Virus record (IMG/VR): IMGVR_UViG_3300031603_000002
Coordinates: 1-64,000 of that record
Source of the DNA: a virus
Direction: 5' to 3' (one strand)
Length of the DNA: 64,000 nucleotides
Shown here one piece after another: positions 28,977 through 39,800 of this stretch (position 1 is its first letter; each line of letters begins with the position of its first letter). The notes under the pieces were generated by a model, which saw only the letters and a program-made list of their open reading frames with translations, made no database searches and had not been told where the DNA came from. The position numbers and the translations under genes were made by a program.

Positions 28977-31900
28977 ATGGCAGAATTCACTTTTCCAGTT
29001 AGTCCGGGTGTAGTGGCGAATGAAATTGACCTTTCAGGACCCACGCAGGTTTCTCCCTCTGGAATTCCTGCAGGTGTTGTAGGAACATCAGTAAGAGGGC
29101 CTGCATTCGTTCCAGTAACTATGGCAACATTTCAAGACTTTATTTCAACATTTGGAAATAGCGACGGCACAAAATTCGGACCGATCGCCATGCGTGAATG
29201 GCTGAGAAATGCCGGTTCAGGTGTGTTTGTTCGTGTCCTTGGCGCCGGTGACGGTTCTGCAAGGCTCTCGACAGGTAACAATCAGGGTAGGGTAACCAAC
29301 GCAGGATTTGTTGTTGGCGAGCGTCTTGTTCAGCCAAACGGTTTAGTTGGTAACAACTCTAAGACCGGCGCTGAGAACTTGCCAGGCGGTGCGCTCGGGC
29401 GTTCATACATGCTGGCAGCTATTATGTCTGAGTCAAACGGTTCAACATACCTTAGCGACGCCGGCATCCAGAAGAACGTCAATGCAACCCCGGTTCTTCG
29501 TGGTATGCTAATGGCGCCTTCTGGTGTTATCCCAGCATTGAGTCACTCACTTGATCCTGCTGGTAACATGGCACCAGCAGCAAACGAAGCATCATACCCA
29601 ACATTCGGTGCAGCCGGAGTTGGCAACGCTGGAGGAAATATTGGTAGCGTTGATGTTAGTAACTCGAAGCAGGAGTTCGTTCTCCTGTTTAACGGTCACA
29701 AAAACAATGCAACATACAAGAATGTTGTTACGGCATCATTCGACCCAAGCGTCCCGAATTATTTTGTGAACGTGCTCAACACGGACCCACTGAAAATCGA
29801 AGATGCTGGACATTATCTATACACGCATTACGACATCGATCCAGCTCTCGCAGTTGCAACCGGTACAAACGTGATCAACCCAACAGTCTGGTTCACAAAC
29901 CATGAGCCCGTTGCTTTACTTTTAACTTCGACCCTAAATCGGGACGTAGGTTCTGCGACATCAGCAACGACCGTCGGCGTACCCAACTTCGAGAACTTCG
30001 AGGATAGGTTTGAGGCAGCATTCAGTCCATTTGTTGTATCACAGAAATTCGGTGGTGCAAACAAGGACTTGTTCAGGTTAACGACATTGTCTGACGGTAT
30101 CATCGGGGCCGGCGAAGTCAAGGTTACAATTGAAAACATCGCGGCTTCATCGAAGGCAAACAACAAGTACGGCACTTTCGATGTGCTGATTCGACGTTTC
30201 ACAGACAACGATTTGAACCCAGCAATCCTGGAATCATTCAGGGGCTTGAGTCTTGATCTATCGTCTGACAACTACGTTGCAAAACGAATCGGTGACCAGC
30301 GAACATACTTCGACTTCGAAGCTGCGACAGGAAATCAAAAGATTGTTGTTGAAGGTGATTACCCAAGCGTTTCAAACTACGTTAGAGTGACACTGAGCAG
30401 CGACTTGAAGAATGACCGATTGGACCCAACGGCGTTGCCAACAGGATTCCGCGGCCTCCATCACTTGGTGACATCTGGCACAACAATCGCAGGAACAGCA
30501 GGCTCAATCCTAACAGGAAGCTTTGCGACATTGCGAGGTTCGGTATCCGCCAGCATTTCATCTGATGTGCTCAAGCGGGTTGTCCAGCCTCCTGTCCCAA
30601 TGCGTGAGTCGATCTCTACAGGCGCATCCCCAAAGAAAAATGTTCAGCAGTCATTCACGTGGGGAATCCAATTCGAAACGAAAACAAGCGTTTCACTTCC
30701 TAACAAGAATGAAAAACTGGATGCATCATTGCTATCTTTCACGAGGTACTTCCCGAAATTCCACACAAGCTGGCAGAACCCACTAGTCGGTGATAATGCT
30801 GGAGCGGCGGACGTGGGCGGAACGATTTTCGATGCTGACCGTTTCAACAATAACTTCTTCTCTCTTGAGAGGGTACAGGTTATTACTGGATCGAACGACA
30901 GACCAGACCCACAACAGTGGGCAGCAGCTTCGTATCGTCGAAACGGAACGCAGGCTTCGGTATTGGATGACCGTGATGGAACCTCGAAGACCAACGTTCG
31001 ATTCTTGGATTCGACAAAGGACTTTGCACACATTCCAAGCCAGAAATACTTGAAGTTCACATTCCCGCTTCAGGGTGGATATGACGGAACCAATGTATTT
31101 GACTCTGCAAAATCAAAGTTCACCGATACAGCGGTTCGCCGTGAAATGGATGACGCAACCTTACAGGGCGGAAAGAACGGACCAACCGTTGCTGCATTGC
31201 GAAAGGCAGTCGACGTGATGGAAGCAAAACAGGACGTCGACATTCAGTTGCTGGCGATCCCTGGCTTGCGCCACTCATCTATAACTGACTACGCGATTGA
31301 ATCAGTCGAACGACGATTTGATGCGTTGTATGTAATGGATATCGAGGAAAAGGATGAAGTCAATACATTTGTAACATCATCTGCTCAGGTAATCAGTGTG
31401 ACGAATACTGTCAACACTTTCCAGTCGAGAGCTTTGGATTCATCGTTTGCGGCGGCATACTTCCCAGACGTGGTGATTCAGGACGTTGCAACCAAGACGA
31501 ACGTGAAAGCACCGTCTTCGGCTGTTGTTCTTGGTGCAATGGCATTGAATGACGCAATTGGTCATCCTTGGTTCGCACCTGCAGGCTTCTCACGAGGTGC
31601 TTTGCAGAGCGCACTGTACCCAACAGTTGAGCTCCTGCAATCAAATCGAGATGCACTTTACAGTGCTGACGTTAACCCAATCATTGGCGATGTGCAGGCA
31701 AATTCTGGAGTAACCGTATTCGGCCAGAAAACATTGCTTGCAGCACAAAGTGCACTCGACCGTGTGAACGTCCGACGTTTGCTAATCGACATTCGTAGAA
31801 AGGTCCGAGATGTGGCACGAACATTCTTGTTTGAGCCAAACCAGGCATCCACGATCGCATCGTTTGAAGCGAGGGTGCAGCCAATCTTGGCAGCTGTCCA

Positions 31901-32060
31901 GTCACAAGGTGGACTGGATAGGTTTAAGGTTAAGATTGACGCATCTACCACAACACAGGCTGACATCGAGAACAACACCATCCGTGGCAAAATCTTCTTG
32001 CAGCCAACAAAATCAATCGAGTTCGTCTCGCTTGACTTCGTGGTAAGCAACAACATATAG
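28977..32060 (+). CDS. Tail sheath protein 2
   Basis: SPGVVANEIDLS, RGPAFVP, WFAPAGFSRG, LDRVNVRRLL. Confidence 0.93.
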   Translation: MAEFTFPVSPGVVANEIDLSGPTQVSPSGIPAGVVGTSVRGPAFVPVTMATFQDFISTFGNSDGTKFGPIAMREWLRNAGSGVFVRVLGAGDGSARLSTGNNQGRVTNAGFVVGERLVQPNGLVGNNSKTGAENLPGGALGRSYMLAAIMSESNGSTYLSDAGIQKNVNATPVLRGMLMAPSGVIPALSHSLDPAGNMAPAANEASYPTFGAAGVGNAGGNIGSVDVSNSKQEFVLLFNGHKNNATYKNVVTASFDPSVPNYFVNVLNTDPLKIEDAGHYLYTHYDIDPALAVATGTNVINPTVWFTNHEPVALLLTSTLNRDVGSATSATTVGVPNFENFEDRFEAAFSPFVVSQKFGGANKDLFRLTTLSDGIIGAGEVKVTIENIAASSKANNKYGTFDVLIRRFTDNDLNPAILESFRGLSLDLSSDNYVAKRIGDQRTYFDFEAATGNQKIVVEGDYPSVSNYVRVTLSSDLKNDRLDPTALPTGFRGLHHLVTSGTTIAGTAGSILTGSFATLRGSVSASISSDVLKRVVQPPVPMRESISTGASPKKNVQQSFTWGIQFETKTSVSLPNKNEKLDASLLSFTRYFPKFHTSWQNPLVGDNAGAADVGGTIFDADRFNNNFFSLERVQVITGSNDRPDPQQWAAASYRRNGTQASVLDDRDGTSKTNVRFLDSTKDFAHIPSQKYLKFTFPLQGGYDGTNVFDSAKSKFTDTAVRREMDDATLQGGKNGPTVAALRKAVDVMEAKQDVDIQLLAIPGLRHSSITDYAIESVERRFDALYVMDIEEKDEVNTFVTSSAQVISVTNTVNTFQSRALDSSFAAAYFPDVVIQDVATKTNVKAPSSAVVLGAMALNDAIGHPWFAPAGFSRGALQSALYPTVELLQSNRDALYSADVNPIIGDVQANSGVTVFGQKTLLAAQSALDRVNVRRLLIDIRRKVRDVARTFLFEPNQASTIASFEARVQPILAAVQSQGGLDRFKVKIDASTTTQADIENNTIRGKIFLQPTKSIEFVSLDFVVSNNI

Positions 32061-32069
32061 GAATAGCAC

Positions 32070-32330
32070 GTGAAAATCACACAGAAACAATTGCGTAGGT
32101 TGATCAAGGAACAAACCGACGACTGGTACGAGCCAGGCGACGGGAAATGGGATGACTACGATGATGATGAAGAATTAGCAAGTGTGATTGACGAAGATCC
32201 TACTGACATGGCCCAAATCCTGTTACGAAACAATCGCAACTGGAAACAGGGTCGAAACGCGGACGAAGTATATATTATGACAGGCGAAGCCGAGGGCATC
32301 ACGGTCAAGGTTATGAGGAGAGGACGATGA
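32070..32330 (+). CDS. MKIT-leader small protein
   Basis: MKITQKQLRRLIKEQ (GTG start). Confidence 0.75.
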   Translation: MKITQKQLRRLIKEQTDDWYEPGDGKWDDYDDDEELASVIDEDPTDMAQILLRNNRNWKQGRNADEVYIMTGEAEGITVKVMRRGR

Positions 32331-32542
32331 AAATCACAAAACGGCAATTACAAAAACTTATTCAAGAACAACACGATCCAGAGCGTCTCGGCATGGAACC
32401 GGGGGAGGAGCTTGAGGAGCAGTTTGCAAATGCGATTGCAGAGGCTGTATCCGAAGGAATGGACCGCTACGATATAAAGCTGGCCTTCGATAATGCATGG
32501 GATTATGTTGAAGCAACACTCACGCACACCCCGGGATACTAA
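32327..32542 (+). CDS. MKIT-leader small protein
   Basis: MKITKRQLQKLIQEQ. Confidence 0.75.
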   Translation: MKITKRQLQKLIQEQHDPERLGMEPGEELEEQFANAIAEAVSEGMDRYDIKLAFDNAWDYVEATLTHTPGY

Positions 32543-32545
32543 ACA

Positions 32546-32809
32546 ATGAAAATCACGCAGAAACAATTGCGTCGGCTTATCAAAGAAGAAAGAACACTTC
32601 TTTCCGAAATGAACCCTAACGGAACAATTTCTGATGATGAGGACCAGGCACGAGATGATCTTATGGCAGCTGTCGAAATACAGGTCGATGAGCTTGTACA
32701 ATATATTGAAGAGCAAGCGTGGAAAATCGGCGGAGACTTTAGAGGTCCAGGAATCAGATATCAGGCATTGAAGATTCTCAATAAAAGAGTTCAAAGGAGA
32801 TCACTATGA
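32546..32809 (+). CDS. MKIT-leader small protein
   Basis: MKITQKQLRRLIKEERTLLSE. Confidence 0.75.
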   Translation: MKITQKQLRRLIKEERTLLSEMNPNGTISDDEDQARDDLMAAVEIQVDELVQYIEEQAWKIGGDFRGPGIRYQALKILNKRVQRRSL

Positions 32810-33303
32810 AAATCACACGCAGACAAATCAGAAATTTGATTAGCGAGCAGTCAGACAACGGTTTTTCAGTTGGCGACACAGTCGTTGCAACAATTTTCGG
32901 CAAGGCCAAAAAGGGAAAAATCACAGAAATGCATGGCATGGGTGACATGGCAAGCGTAGATTTTGGAAACGGAGACGTTTATGGAATTATGCTGAACAGG
33001 CTAAAACCTTCGAAACGGGTTAACGAGCAGAACTACGGCCGCGGTCAGAACTATGGGTACTCACCCACTGGTCGTCCACCTCGCAAACGCGGATTTAATC
33101 AGGCTAGCTCGGCATCAATGTCAGCGGCAAAATCATTGCGTGCAAAATTCAAACGACGATACCCTGACGCACAGATAAAAATTGATGGCAGAAACGGGTG
33201 GATCATCGTAAATGGAAAGAATGTCGTAAACATGGGTGCCAACGGCGCCAGCAATTATGACGAAATGGCAGAAAAAATGGAAGCTGCGTTATCAGGATTC
33301 TAG
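32806..33303 (+). CDS. MKIT-leader protein with SH3/KOW-like module
   Basis: MKITRRQIRNLISEQ; FSVGDTV...GKITE...VDF. Confidence 0.7.
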   Translation: MKITRRQIRNLISEQSDNGFSVGDTVVATIFGKAKKGKITEMHGMGDMASVDFGNGDVYGIMLNRLKPSKRVNEQNYGRGQNYGYSPTGRPPRKRGFNQASSASMSAAKSLRAKFKRRYPDAQIKIDGRNGWIIVNGKNVVNMGANGASNYDEMAEKMEAALSGF

Positions 33304-33357
33304 GTTTACCATACTTAGACTTGCAATATAGCGAAGCCTCAGTCTTAGGAGATTAAA

Positions 33358-33846
33358 ATGGCAGAAACACTATCAGTAACGGACATGCTTCCGAATAAAT
33401 TTGAACCAAAACGCCAGTTTAGGTGGGTCCTTGCTGTTGAGGGTATTGATGCCTTTATCGTAAAGACCGCTTCACGACCAAACATCGCGATTGAAGAGCT
33501 GGAAATCCCGTATATCAATCACAAACGATATGTGGCAGGCAAGGCGACATTCGAAACGCTTTCAATTACATTGCACGACCCAATTGCTCCGTCAGGCGCT
33601 CAGCAGGTTATGGAATGGATTCGAACACACTTCGAGTCGGTCTCAGGTCGAGCAGGCTATGCAGATTTCTACAAGCGCGACATTCAGTTGAAGATGCTTG
33701 ATCCTGTCGGCACAGTCGTTGAACTGTGGGATATCCGTGGTGCATTCTTGACTGCAGCTGATTTCGGTACGCTTGATTACAGTACATCAGACGCTTCAGA
33801 AATCGCATTGACGGTCCGGTATGATAATGCCGTGCTTCAATATTGA
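33358..33846 (+). CDS. Tail tube protein (gp19-like)
   Basis: FEPKRQFRW, RYVAGKATF, DPIAPSGAQQVMEW, LDPVGTVVELW. Confidence 0.9.
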   Translation: MAETLSVTDMLPNKFEPKRQFRWVLAVEGIDAFIVKTASRPNIAIEELEIPYINHKRYVAGKATFETLSITLHDPIAPSGAQQVMEWIRTHFESVSGRAGYADFYKRDIQLKMLDPVGTVVELWDIRGAFLTAADFGTLDYSTSDASEIALTVRYDNAVLQY

Positions 33847-33868
33847 TGTAACGTTACGATAACGAGAT

Positions 33869-33897
33869 TTTACATAATCCCTTCCTGTTGGTATACT
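33869..33897 (+). promoter_or_regulatory. Sigma70-like promoter for endonuclease 2
   Basis: TTTACA-17 bp-TATACT. Confidence 0.6.
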
Positions 33898-33917
33898 AAT
33901 ATCATAGGGGAGGGGTT

Positions 33918-34721
33918 ATGTTTTTATGCCCAAATTGTAATTACAAAACTGAAAAAATCAACTCGTTACGTGTTCATGCACAAAAAGTGCATAAACTTTC
34001 AAGCGAATCAATTTATCTGTCAACGGTTATTGGAGGCACACGGCCTACGTGTGCGTGTGGCTGTGAATCAAAGACAAAATTCCACGGCATCACAAAAGGT
34101 TATTCAAAGTTTTGCCCGGGTCATCAAGCAAGGATCAAAAACAATTGGGGACATAATGAAAATGCAAAGAAGAAAAGCCAGCAAATACGAAGAGGAATGT
34201 TGAAATCTGGAGAAATGGTCGTGTGGAATAAAGGCTTGACGAAGAATGATGACGAAAGACTTCTCAAGGCCGGAATATCAGTTGCAAAAACTTGGACTCC
34301 AGAAAAACGAGAAAAGTATAGCAAAATAATGTCAAAAAACAGGTTGGCTGGGATCATTCCATCCTTGACAGGATCAGCACACCCGCAATGGAAAGGTGGG
34401 ACATCAACAATCGGTGCTTTATGTCATTCAAACAATCGATTATACAGCGAATGGAAATATCCAAAACTCGCAGCAGCAAAATTCAAATGCGAAAGATGCT
34501 CAAGCACCACAAAATTGCATGTTCATCATGATAAAGAAAAAATGGCTGCGATCATAAAGGGGCTCCGGAGCGACATTGATGACCTTGTCTTGACACCAAA
34601 GCAAAATCAAGCAATCGTTGAAAAAGTGATTGATTACCACACATCACAAAAAGTGTCCGGAATCGTCCTGTGTAAGGTTTGCCATGGGCATGAACATCCA
34701 TCTTTGAATTTTGACAACTAG
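33918..34721 (+). CDS. Free-standing HNH homing endonuclease-like protein
   Basis: CPNC..H...H, CACGC, VWNKGLT, HPQWKGG, CERC...LHVHH...LCKVCH. Confidence 0.8.
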   Translation: MFLCPNCNYKTEKINSLRVHAQKVHKLSSESIYLSTVIGGTRPTCACGCESKTKFHGITKGYSKFCPGHQARIKNNWGHNENAKKKSQQIRRGMLKSGEMVVWNKGLTKNDDERLLKAGISVAKTWTPEKREKYSKIMSKNRLAGIIPSLTGSAHPQWKGGTSTIGALCHSNNRLYSEWKYPKLAAAKFKCERCSSTTKLHVHHDKEKMAAIIKGLRSDIDDLVLTPKQNQAIVEKVIDYHTSQKVSGIVLCKVCHGHEHPSLNFDN

Positions 34722-34847
34722 CTCAATCATGTCAATCATCTAACAACCCCAGTCGTCCATCCAGCCACCGGAAACTCATTCAATACATACTACACCACTT
34801 TATTAGTTACGGACGTCCAGAACCCATCATGCGTGATAATTAGTGAT

Positions 34848-35636
34848 ATGAACATCTCATCAATAAGAGCATTTGTCCGCACCACTCTCCTACAAGAAAA
34901 AGCTTCAACGGCAGAAATGGCCTCGAATGACAATTTAGCGCTGGCAACATATAAAGACCGTGACGAGTATGGCGACATTTCATATGTCCTTTTCGATAGA
35001 AATTTGTTCATTCATTTTTTCATACAAGAAGTCAAGGCAATTGCGAAAGACGATGGCATATCAATCTCTGACATAATAAGAGACGAGTTTGATGATGTCT
35101 TATCTGACTTATCTGCTAGAATGGCGGAACACGCAGTTTCGTTCGTCCTAGGCACAATTGACATAGAGAAGGCATGGGACGGGCCGAGTAACGACGCCAG
35201 TATGGTACATGCTCCGGCGGCCTCAAAAGGTTATGGCCCGTTGATGTACGATATAGCCATGGCAGACGCCGGCGAGCTCATGCCTGATCGTCAACCCGAT
35301 GTGTCGAAATCTGCACAGAGCGTTTGGAAATATTACAAAAACAAAAGAAGCGACGTCGTATCAACACCCCTAGACAACATTCGTAATCCGCAGACACCAC
35401 AAAAAACAGACGATGCCTCTGTTCATAAAAAAGGCAAAGAGAATTTTGGTAACTTCTTGGATTCATCGTACCATCTTAAGGGTAAGGGTCCTGACGTTGC
35501 TGGAATGACTGCATCATTTAAACAACTCGAGGCGTATGTTGGCAAGAAGCTAAACATAACTCCGTACACCCTCCATGACATTTTGTGGACTTCTGCCGAG
35601 GCTTTTTACGACATCAGGCACGACACAGAAAACTAA
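34848..35636 (+). CDS. Putative GNAT-like acetyltransferase with leader-like N-terminus
   Basis: IRAFVRTTLLQE; SKGYGPLMYDIAM, DR..VSKSAQSVWKYY. Confidence 0.5.
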   Translation: MNISSIRAFVRTTLLQEKASTAEMASNDNLALATYKDRDEYGDISYVLFDRNLFIHFFIQEVKAIAKDDGISISDIIRDEFDDVLSDLSARMAEHAVSFVLGTIDIEKAWDGPSNDASMVHAPAASKGYGPLMYDIAMADAGELMPDRQPDVSKSAQSVWKYYKNKRSDVVSTPLDNIRNPQTPQKTDDASVHKKGKENFGNFLDSSYHLKGKGPDVAGMTASFKQLEAYVGKKLNITPYTLHDILWTSAEAFYDIRHDTEN

Positions 35637-35723
35637 CTCACGCGACTTTCACACACTTATACTTATGTTTACAAGCGTGCATACAGGGCTACAGTATGTA
35701 TGTGACAATTACAGGAGTAATAC

Positions 35724-36578
35724 GTGAGCAATAAAAGAGAAGGGAACCATGTTTTCGATGCCCAGCGAGCGCAAGCCAGCGGAATGCAGACAAGAAATGT
35801 GATGAGGGAAGATTTTGGAATGGAAATTCCAGTTGATGCCGCACCACTACCATCACAGGGAAAAATCTACCCAGAAGGTTCGGCGGCACACAATTGTGAA
35901 ACGCTTGAAATCAGGGCTATGACGGCAAAGGACGAGGACATTCTAACCAGTCGTGCTCTCCTCAAGAAGGGCACGGTTATCACGGCACTTCTTCGTTCAT
36001 GCCTGGTAAACAAAGCAGTCAGGGTTGATCAGCTCATCTCAGGCGATCGTAATGCGCTAATGGTTGCGGTCAGGATTACAGGATACGGCTCTGATTACGA
36101 GGTCGATATCCCATGTCCAGAGTGTGACCAACACCAAAAGCAAACGTTCAGTCTCGCTGAGCTTCCTATCAAGCGACTAGAAATCGAACCATCAGAACCA
36201 GGCGAGAACAAATTCACCTTCACATTGCCAGTTAGCAAGAAGGTCGTAACGTTCAGGTTCCTAACAGGCGCCGACGAACAGAATATTTCCCTAACGGCAG
36301 AGCGAAAGAGAAAGAAGAAGCTATCGGGTGATCTCGACAGCATGGTGACTAGTCGACTCCAAGCGGCCGTTGTTGCCGTTGATAACATTGAAGACCGTTC
36401 AAAGCTCGCAATGTTTGTGAATAACATGCCGGCTCGAGACAGTCGGGCACTTCGCAAGTTCATGAATGATAATGAGCCGGGTATCGAGATGAAGTGCGTT
36501 ATGACTTGTGAAAGCTGCTATGAGTCTTCGGAGGTAGACCTGCCCATCGGCACTTCGTTTTTTTGGCCTGACGCCTAA
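35724..36578 (+). CDS. Baseplate hub/tail assembly chaperone (gp26-like)
   Basis: LPSQG..YP, MTAKDEDILT, GDRNALMVAVRITGYG, two CxxC; ends FFWPDA. Confidence 0.8.
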   Translation: MSNKREGNHVFDAQRAQASGMQTRNVMREDFGMEIPVDAAPLPSQGKIYPEGSAAHNCETLEIRAMTAKDEDILTSRALLKKGTVITALLRSCLVNKAVRVDQLISGDRNALMVAVRITGYGSDYEVDIPCPECDQHQKQTFSLAELPIKRLEIEPSEPGENKFTFTLPVSKKVVTFRFLTGADEQNISLTAERKRKKKLSGDLDSMVTSRLQAAVVAVDNIEDRSKLAMFVNNMPARDSRALRKFMNDNEPGIEMKCVMTCESCYESSEVDLPIGTSFFWPDA

Positions 36579-36813
36579 TGACAAAGAGGTCTACCTCGAG
36601 CCTATATTTTCATTGATGTATTACATGGGCTTTACGTTTTATGATGCCATGAATTTGCCGATTTGGCAGCGTAAATGGTTCGTACAAAGATTCATCACGG
36701 AAATTGAGTCAAGCAACACATCAAAAAGCGTGACCGACAATGCTCCGGACCAAAGAGCGCTAATGGGGCGCCAGAGAGAACAGGTACCGGCAAGATTACG
36801 TAGATTCACCTAA
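36559..36813 (+). CDS. Frameshift extension of the tail chaperone
   Basis: +1 frame open from the T7 run: FFGLTPNDKEVYLEPIFSLMYYMGF...LPIWQRKWF. Confidence 0.65.
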   Translation, partial: FFGLTPNDKEVYLEPIFSLMYYMGFTFYDAMNLPIWQRKWFVQRFITEIESSNTSKSVTDNAPDQRALMGRQREQVPARLRRFT

Positions 36814-36848
36814 CTTTTTCGAAGTCATATTTAGTATAGAGGTGTGGC

Positions 36849-39800
36849 ATGGCAGAAGAAGGCTCAGTCCAACTACAAATACAGAATCAAATGAACGAAG
36901 CCGTGAAGGCTCGTTCTACTTTGCTTAACACTCAAACTAAGATTTTGTCGACGCAACTTGATTTGGTTGTCAAAATGCGTAATGCTTTGAAAGGTGAAGG
37001 CCTCAAAGAGGCACAGAAGGCAATTGATGATGTAAACAAAGCTTTGGATGCCAACATCATTGCCAGCGAAAAAGCCGCTGAAGGTAACCGTGATCTAGGA
37101 ACCGCAGCCGCAGAAACTGGCCAAAAGCTGGAGAAGACAAAAGAGTCCCTTGTCACCGGCAAAAAGGTTTTCGGTGTGTTTGCTGATGCAATGTCAGCTG
37201 GTATCAGCACAATGACAAATGTTGGGAGTTCAATCCTCAACATCGCCGGCGCTATTGGTAAGTTAGGAATCACAATACTATCGACGCCATTCAAAATATT
37301 TGATGCATTTGTTGAAACAGCACAGACACTTCCAAGAAACACGGCGATTGTTGATGCCCTAGAGGACATCCGCGACGCATTCGGTGATATTGCAACAGGA
37401 CCAGGAAAAGCTGTTGCAAGCCAACTGGGCACGATTAGCAAATCAGCAAGGAATCTGGCTGGGACTGGGTTGAGCGTTACTCGAGTTTTCGGTTTCGGCG
37501 CAGAGGGAATCGCAGGAGCGCTCAAGGCTGTAAACGAATTGGCCCAAGGCACCGGTGAATCGTTCACACGATTGAAAGGGGTTTTCCAAGAGTCCGGCTT
37601 ACAGCTCACGATGATGCAAAAAGGCTTGGGCGTCACGGCCGAGAACATGGGCCAGTTGATGAATATCGCTGAACTCCGTGGTGAAGATGTTGGCAAATCG
37701 CTCGAGGAATTCTCAAAAATAACATTGCAAACGGCTGACGAATTTGGAATGGGCGTTAAAACCATGGCCAAAGGAATGGCAGAACTTAATGTAGAAGTCT
37801 CGACGTTTGGTCACCTGGGCCCGAAAGCATTTGCACCGATGGTTGTGTATGCAAAGAAATTGGGTATCGAGGTGAAGCAACTGTCAGGAACAATGAAGAA
37901 ATTCTCAGGGTTCTCTGACACAGCAAAAGCTGCATCAGAATTGGCTCAAGGTTTCGGTATGAACATCGATGCTATGAAATTGATGGCTGCGCAGAATCCT
38001 GCCAAGAAAATTGATATGTTGAGGAAGTCATTTTTCAACGCAGGCAACGACATTTCGAAGATGAGTTACCAGCAACGACAATACCTCGAGCAAACAACCG
38101 GTCTTGAAGGAACAGCGTTGGAAGCTGCGTTCTCACTGGACAAACAAGGCCTGTCATACGAGAACATTGAAAAACAGGCAAATAAAGCCGGCAAGCGGCA
38201 AATTACACAAAAGAAAGTAATGCAAGATCTCGGTAAGCAAATCAAGAAACTCAATCATTTGATGAACGTCGAAAAATATGCCGGCTTCTTTGATGCGTTC
38301 ATCAAAGGCTTTGGCGTTGGGCTTCTGAAGGCTGGCGGAATGCGCGGCGCCCTGAAAAATATCCAGAAGGTACTTCTGAAGGTGCACGTCGCCGGCCGTC
38401 AAGTTGCAAAAATGTTCGTGAAATATTTCCCCGGTGTACAGACGATGCTGTCGGCGATAGGCGAATTGTTTGATCCTGCAAAGATAGACGGATTCACTGA
38501 CGGCATAAAGCATGCATTCAAAACACTATTCCAATCGAAAAATGGGTGGGGTCAGTTCTTCACTGACATTGAAAATGTATTTGAAGAACGTGCTGGTGTG
38601 GGCGGAAGCATACTAAAAAAGCTAAAATCCGGATTCAACAAGTTCGCAACTTTCATTTTGAAGGGCGTAACCTCAGGTATATCAGCAGCTGTCGGGCAAA
38701 TAGGCGAAAAAGTATTGCCAGCGATACAAAAATTCCTTGATGGTCTGGCATCTGACCTGGCCAAAGAAGAGAATAAAGGAAAAGGTCTGTTATCGGTGTT
38801 GTTCCAGAAAGCATCATCATCAGACATAACTAAAAAGTTTGGGCCGCTGATGGAGCCGGTGCTTGGTGCTTTACAAAAAGCGTTTACGACATTGGCACCT
38901 AAGGTCGGCAAAATACTCGAGACAGCTTGGCCGCTTATTAAGCCCTATGTCATGAAACTCGCCGGCGTCATGGCACTTTCATTCGCCGCAGGATTCGCAA
39001 AAAGCCTCATAGGCGGAATTGCATCCATCGGTATGTCTGTCATCGGCGCGAATATTTGGGGCGGAGCTAAAAAAAGTGTCGAGAAGGCATCTGGAAAAGA
39101 AGGGCTTGTCCTGCAATCAACGATTCGCGACAAGCTGGATCTCCATGTCAACTCAGCAATAAATAAAATCGATAATACTAAAATTGGCAAAAAGCTACTT
39201 GAAAAATTCGATCGTGTAGCGCTGAAATTCGGCCCGAAAATTGCCGCAGTTGGGACAAAATTAATACCGATTGCAGGCTGGGCAATTGCAATAGGCGACG
39301 CCGCGTTGAGCATAAACAGTCAAATGGACAAAATGGAGGGCAGCTTACAAAAAGATTATGGGAAGCTCGAAGGTACAATTGGCGCTGGCTCAGCAGGCAT
39401 GCTCGCTGCATTGACATTGGGATTGCTTCCTGACACGATTTATAAAACGTTCGGCGAAGGTACTGCATCAATCGTAAAGTCTATGCGCGATATGAGCAAA
39501 AAAATTGGTATGGAGAATATATTTGAGACGTACCTGAAGGGCATCCGCGGCCAGATAAAAATATTCCAGGGTCTCGGAGATGTACTCGTCGGCATATTCG
39601 AAGGTGATACAGATCGGATCGGCACTGGATTAATCAGAATGTTTGATGGGCTTATGACAAGCCTCACGCTGTTCCCGAAGATGCTGTTTAGTGCAGTCAT
39701 CGATTTGGGTCCAACGATTATCAAGGGTTTCTACCGCGCGCTGGAATTTATGTTTTTGGACATTCCGATCGGCATATTCGACATTGTTGTGGGCGCAGTA

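Noticed and set aside
34722-34832. C/A-rich gap after the HNH gene as ncRNA or ORF
   Set aside because: No convincing ORF or stem structure found.
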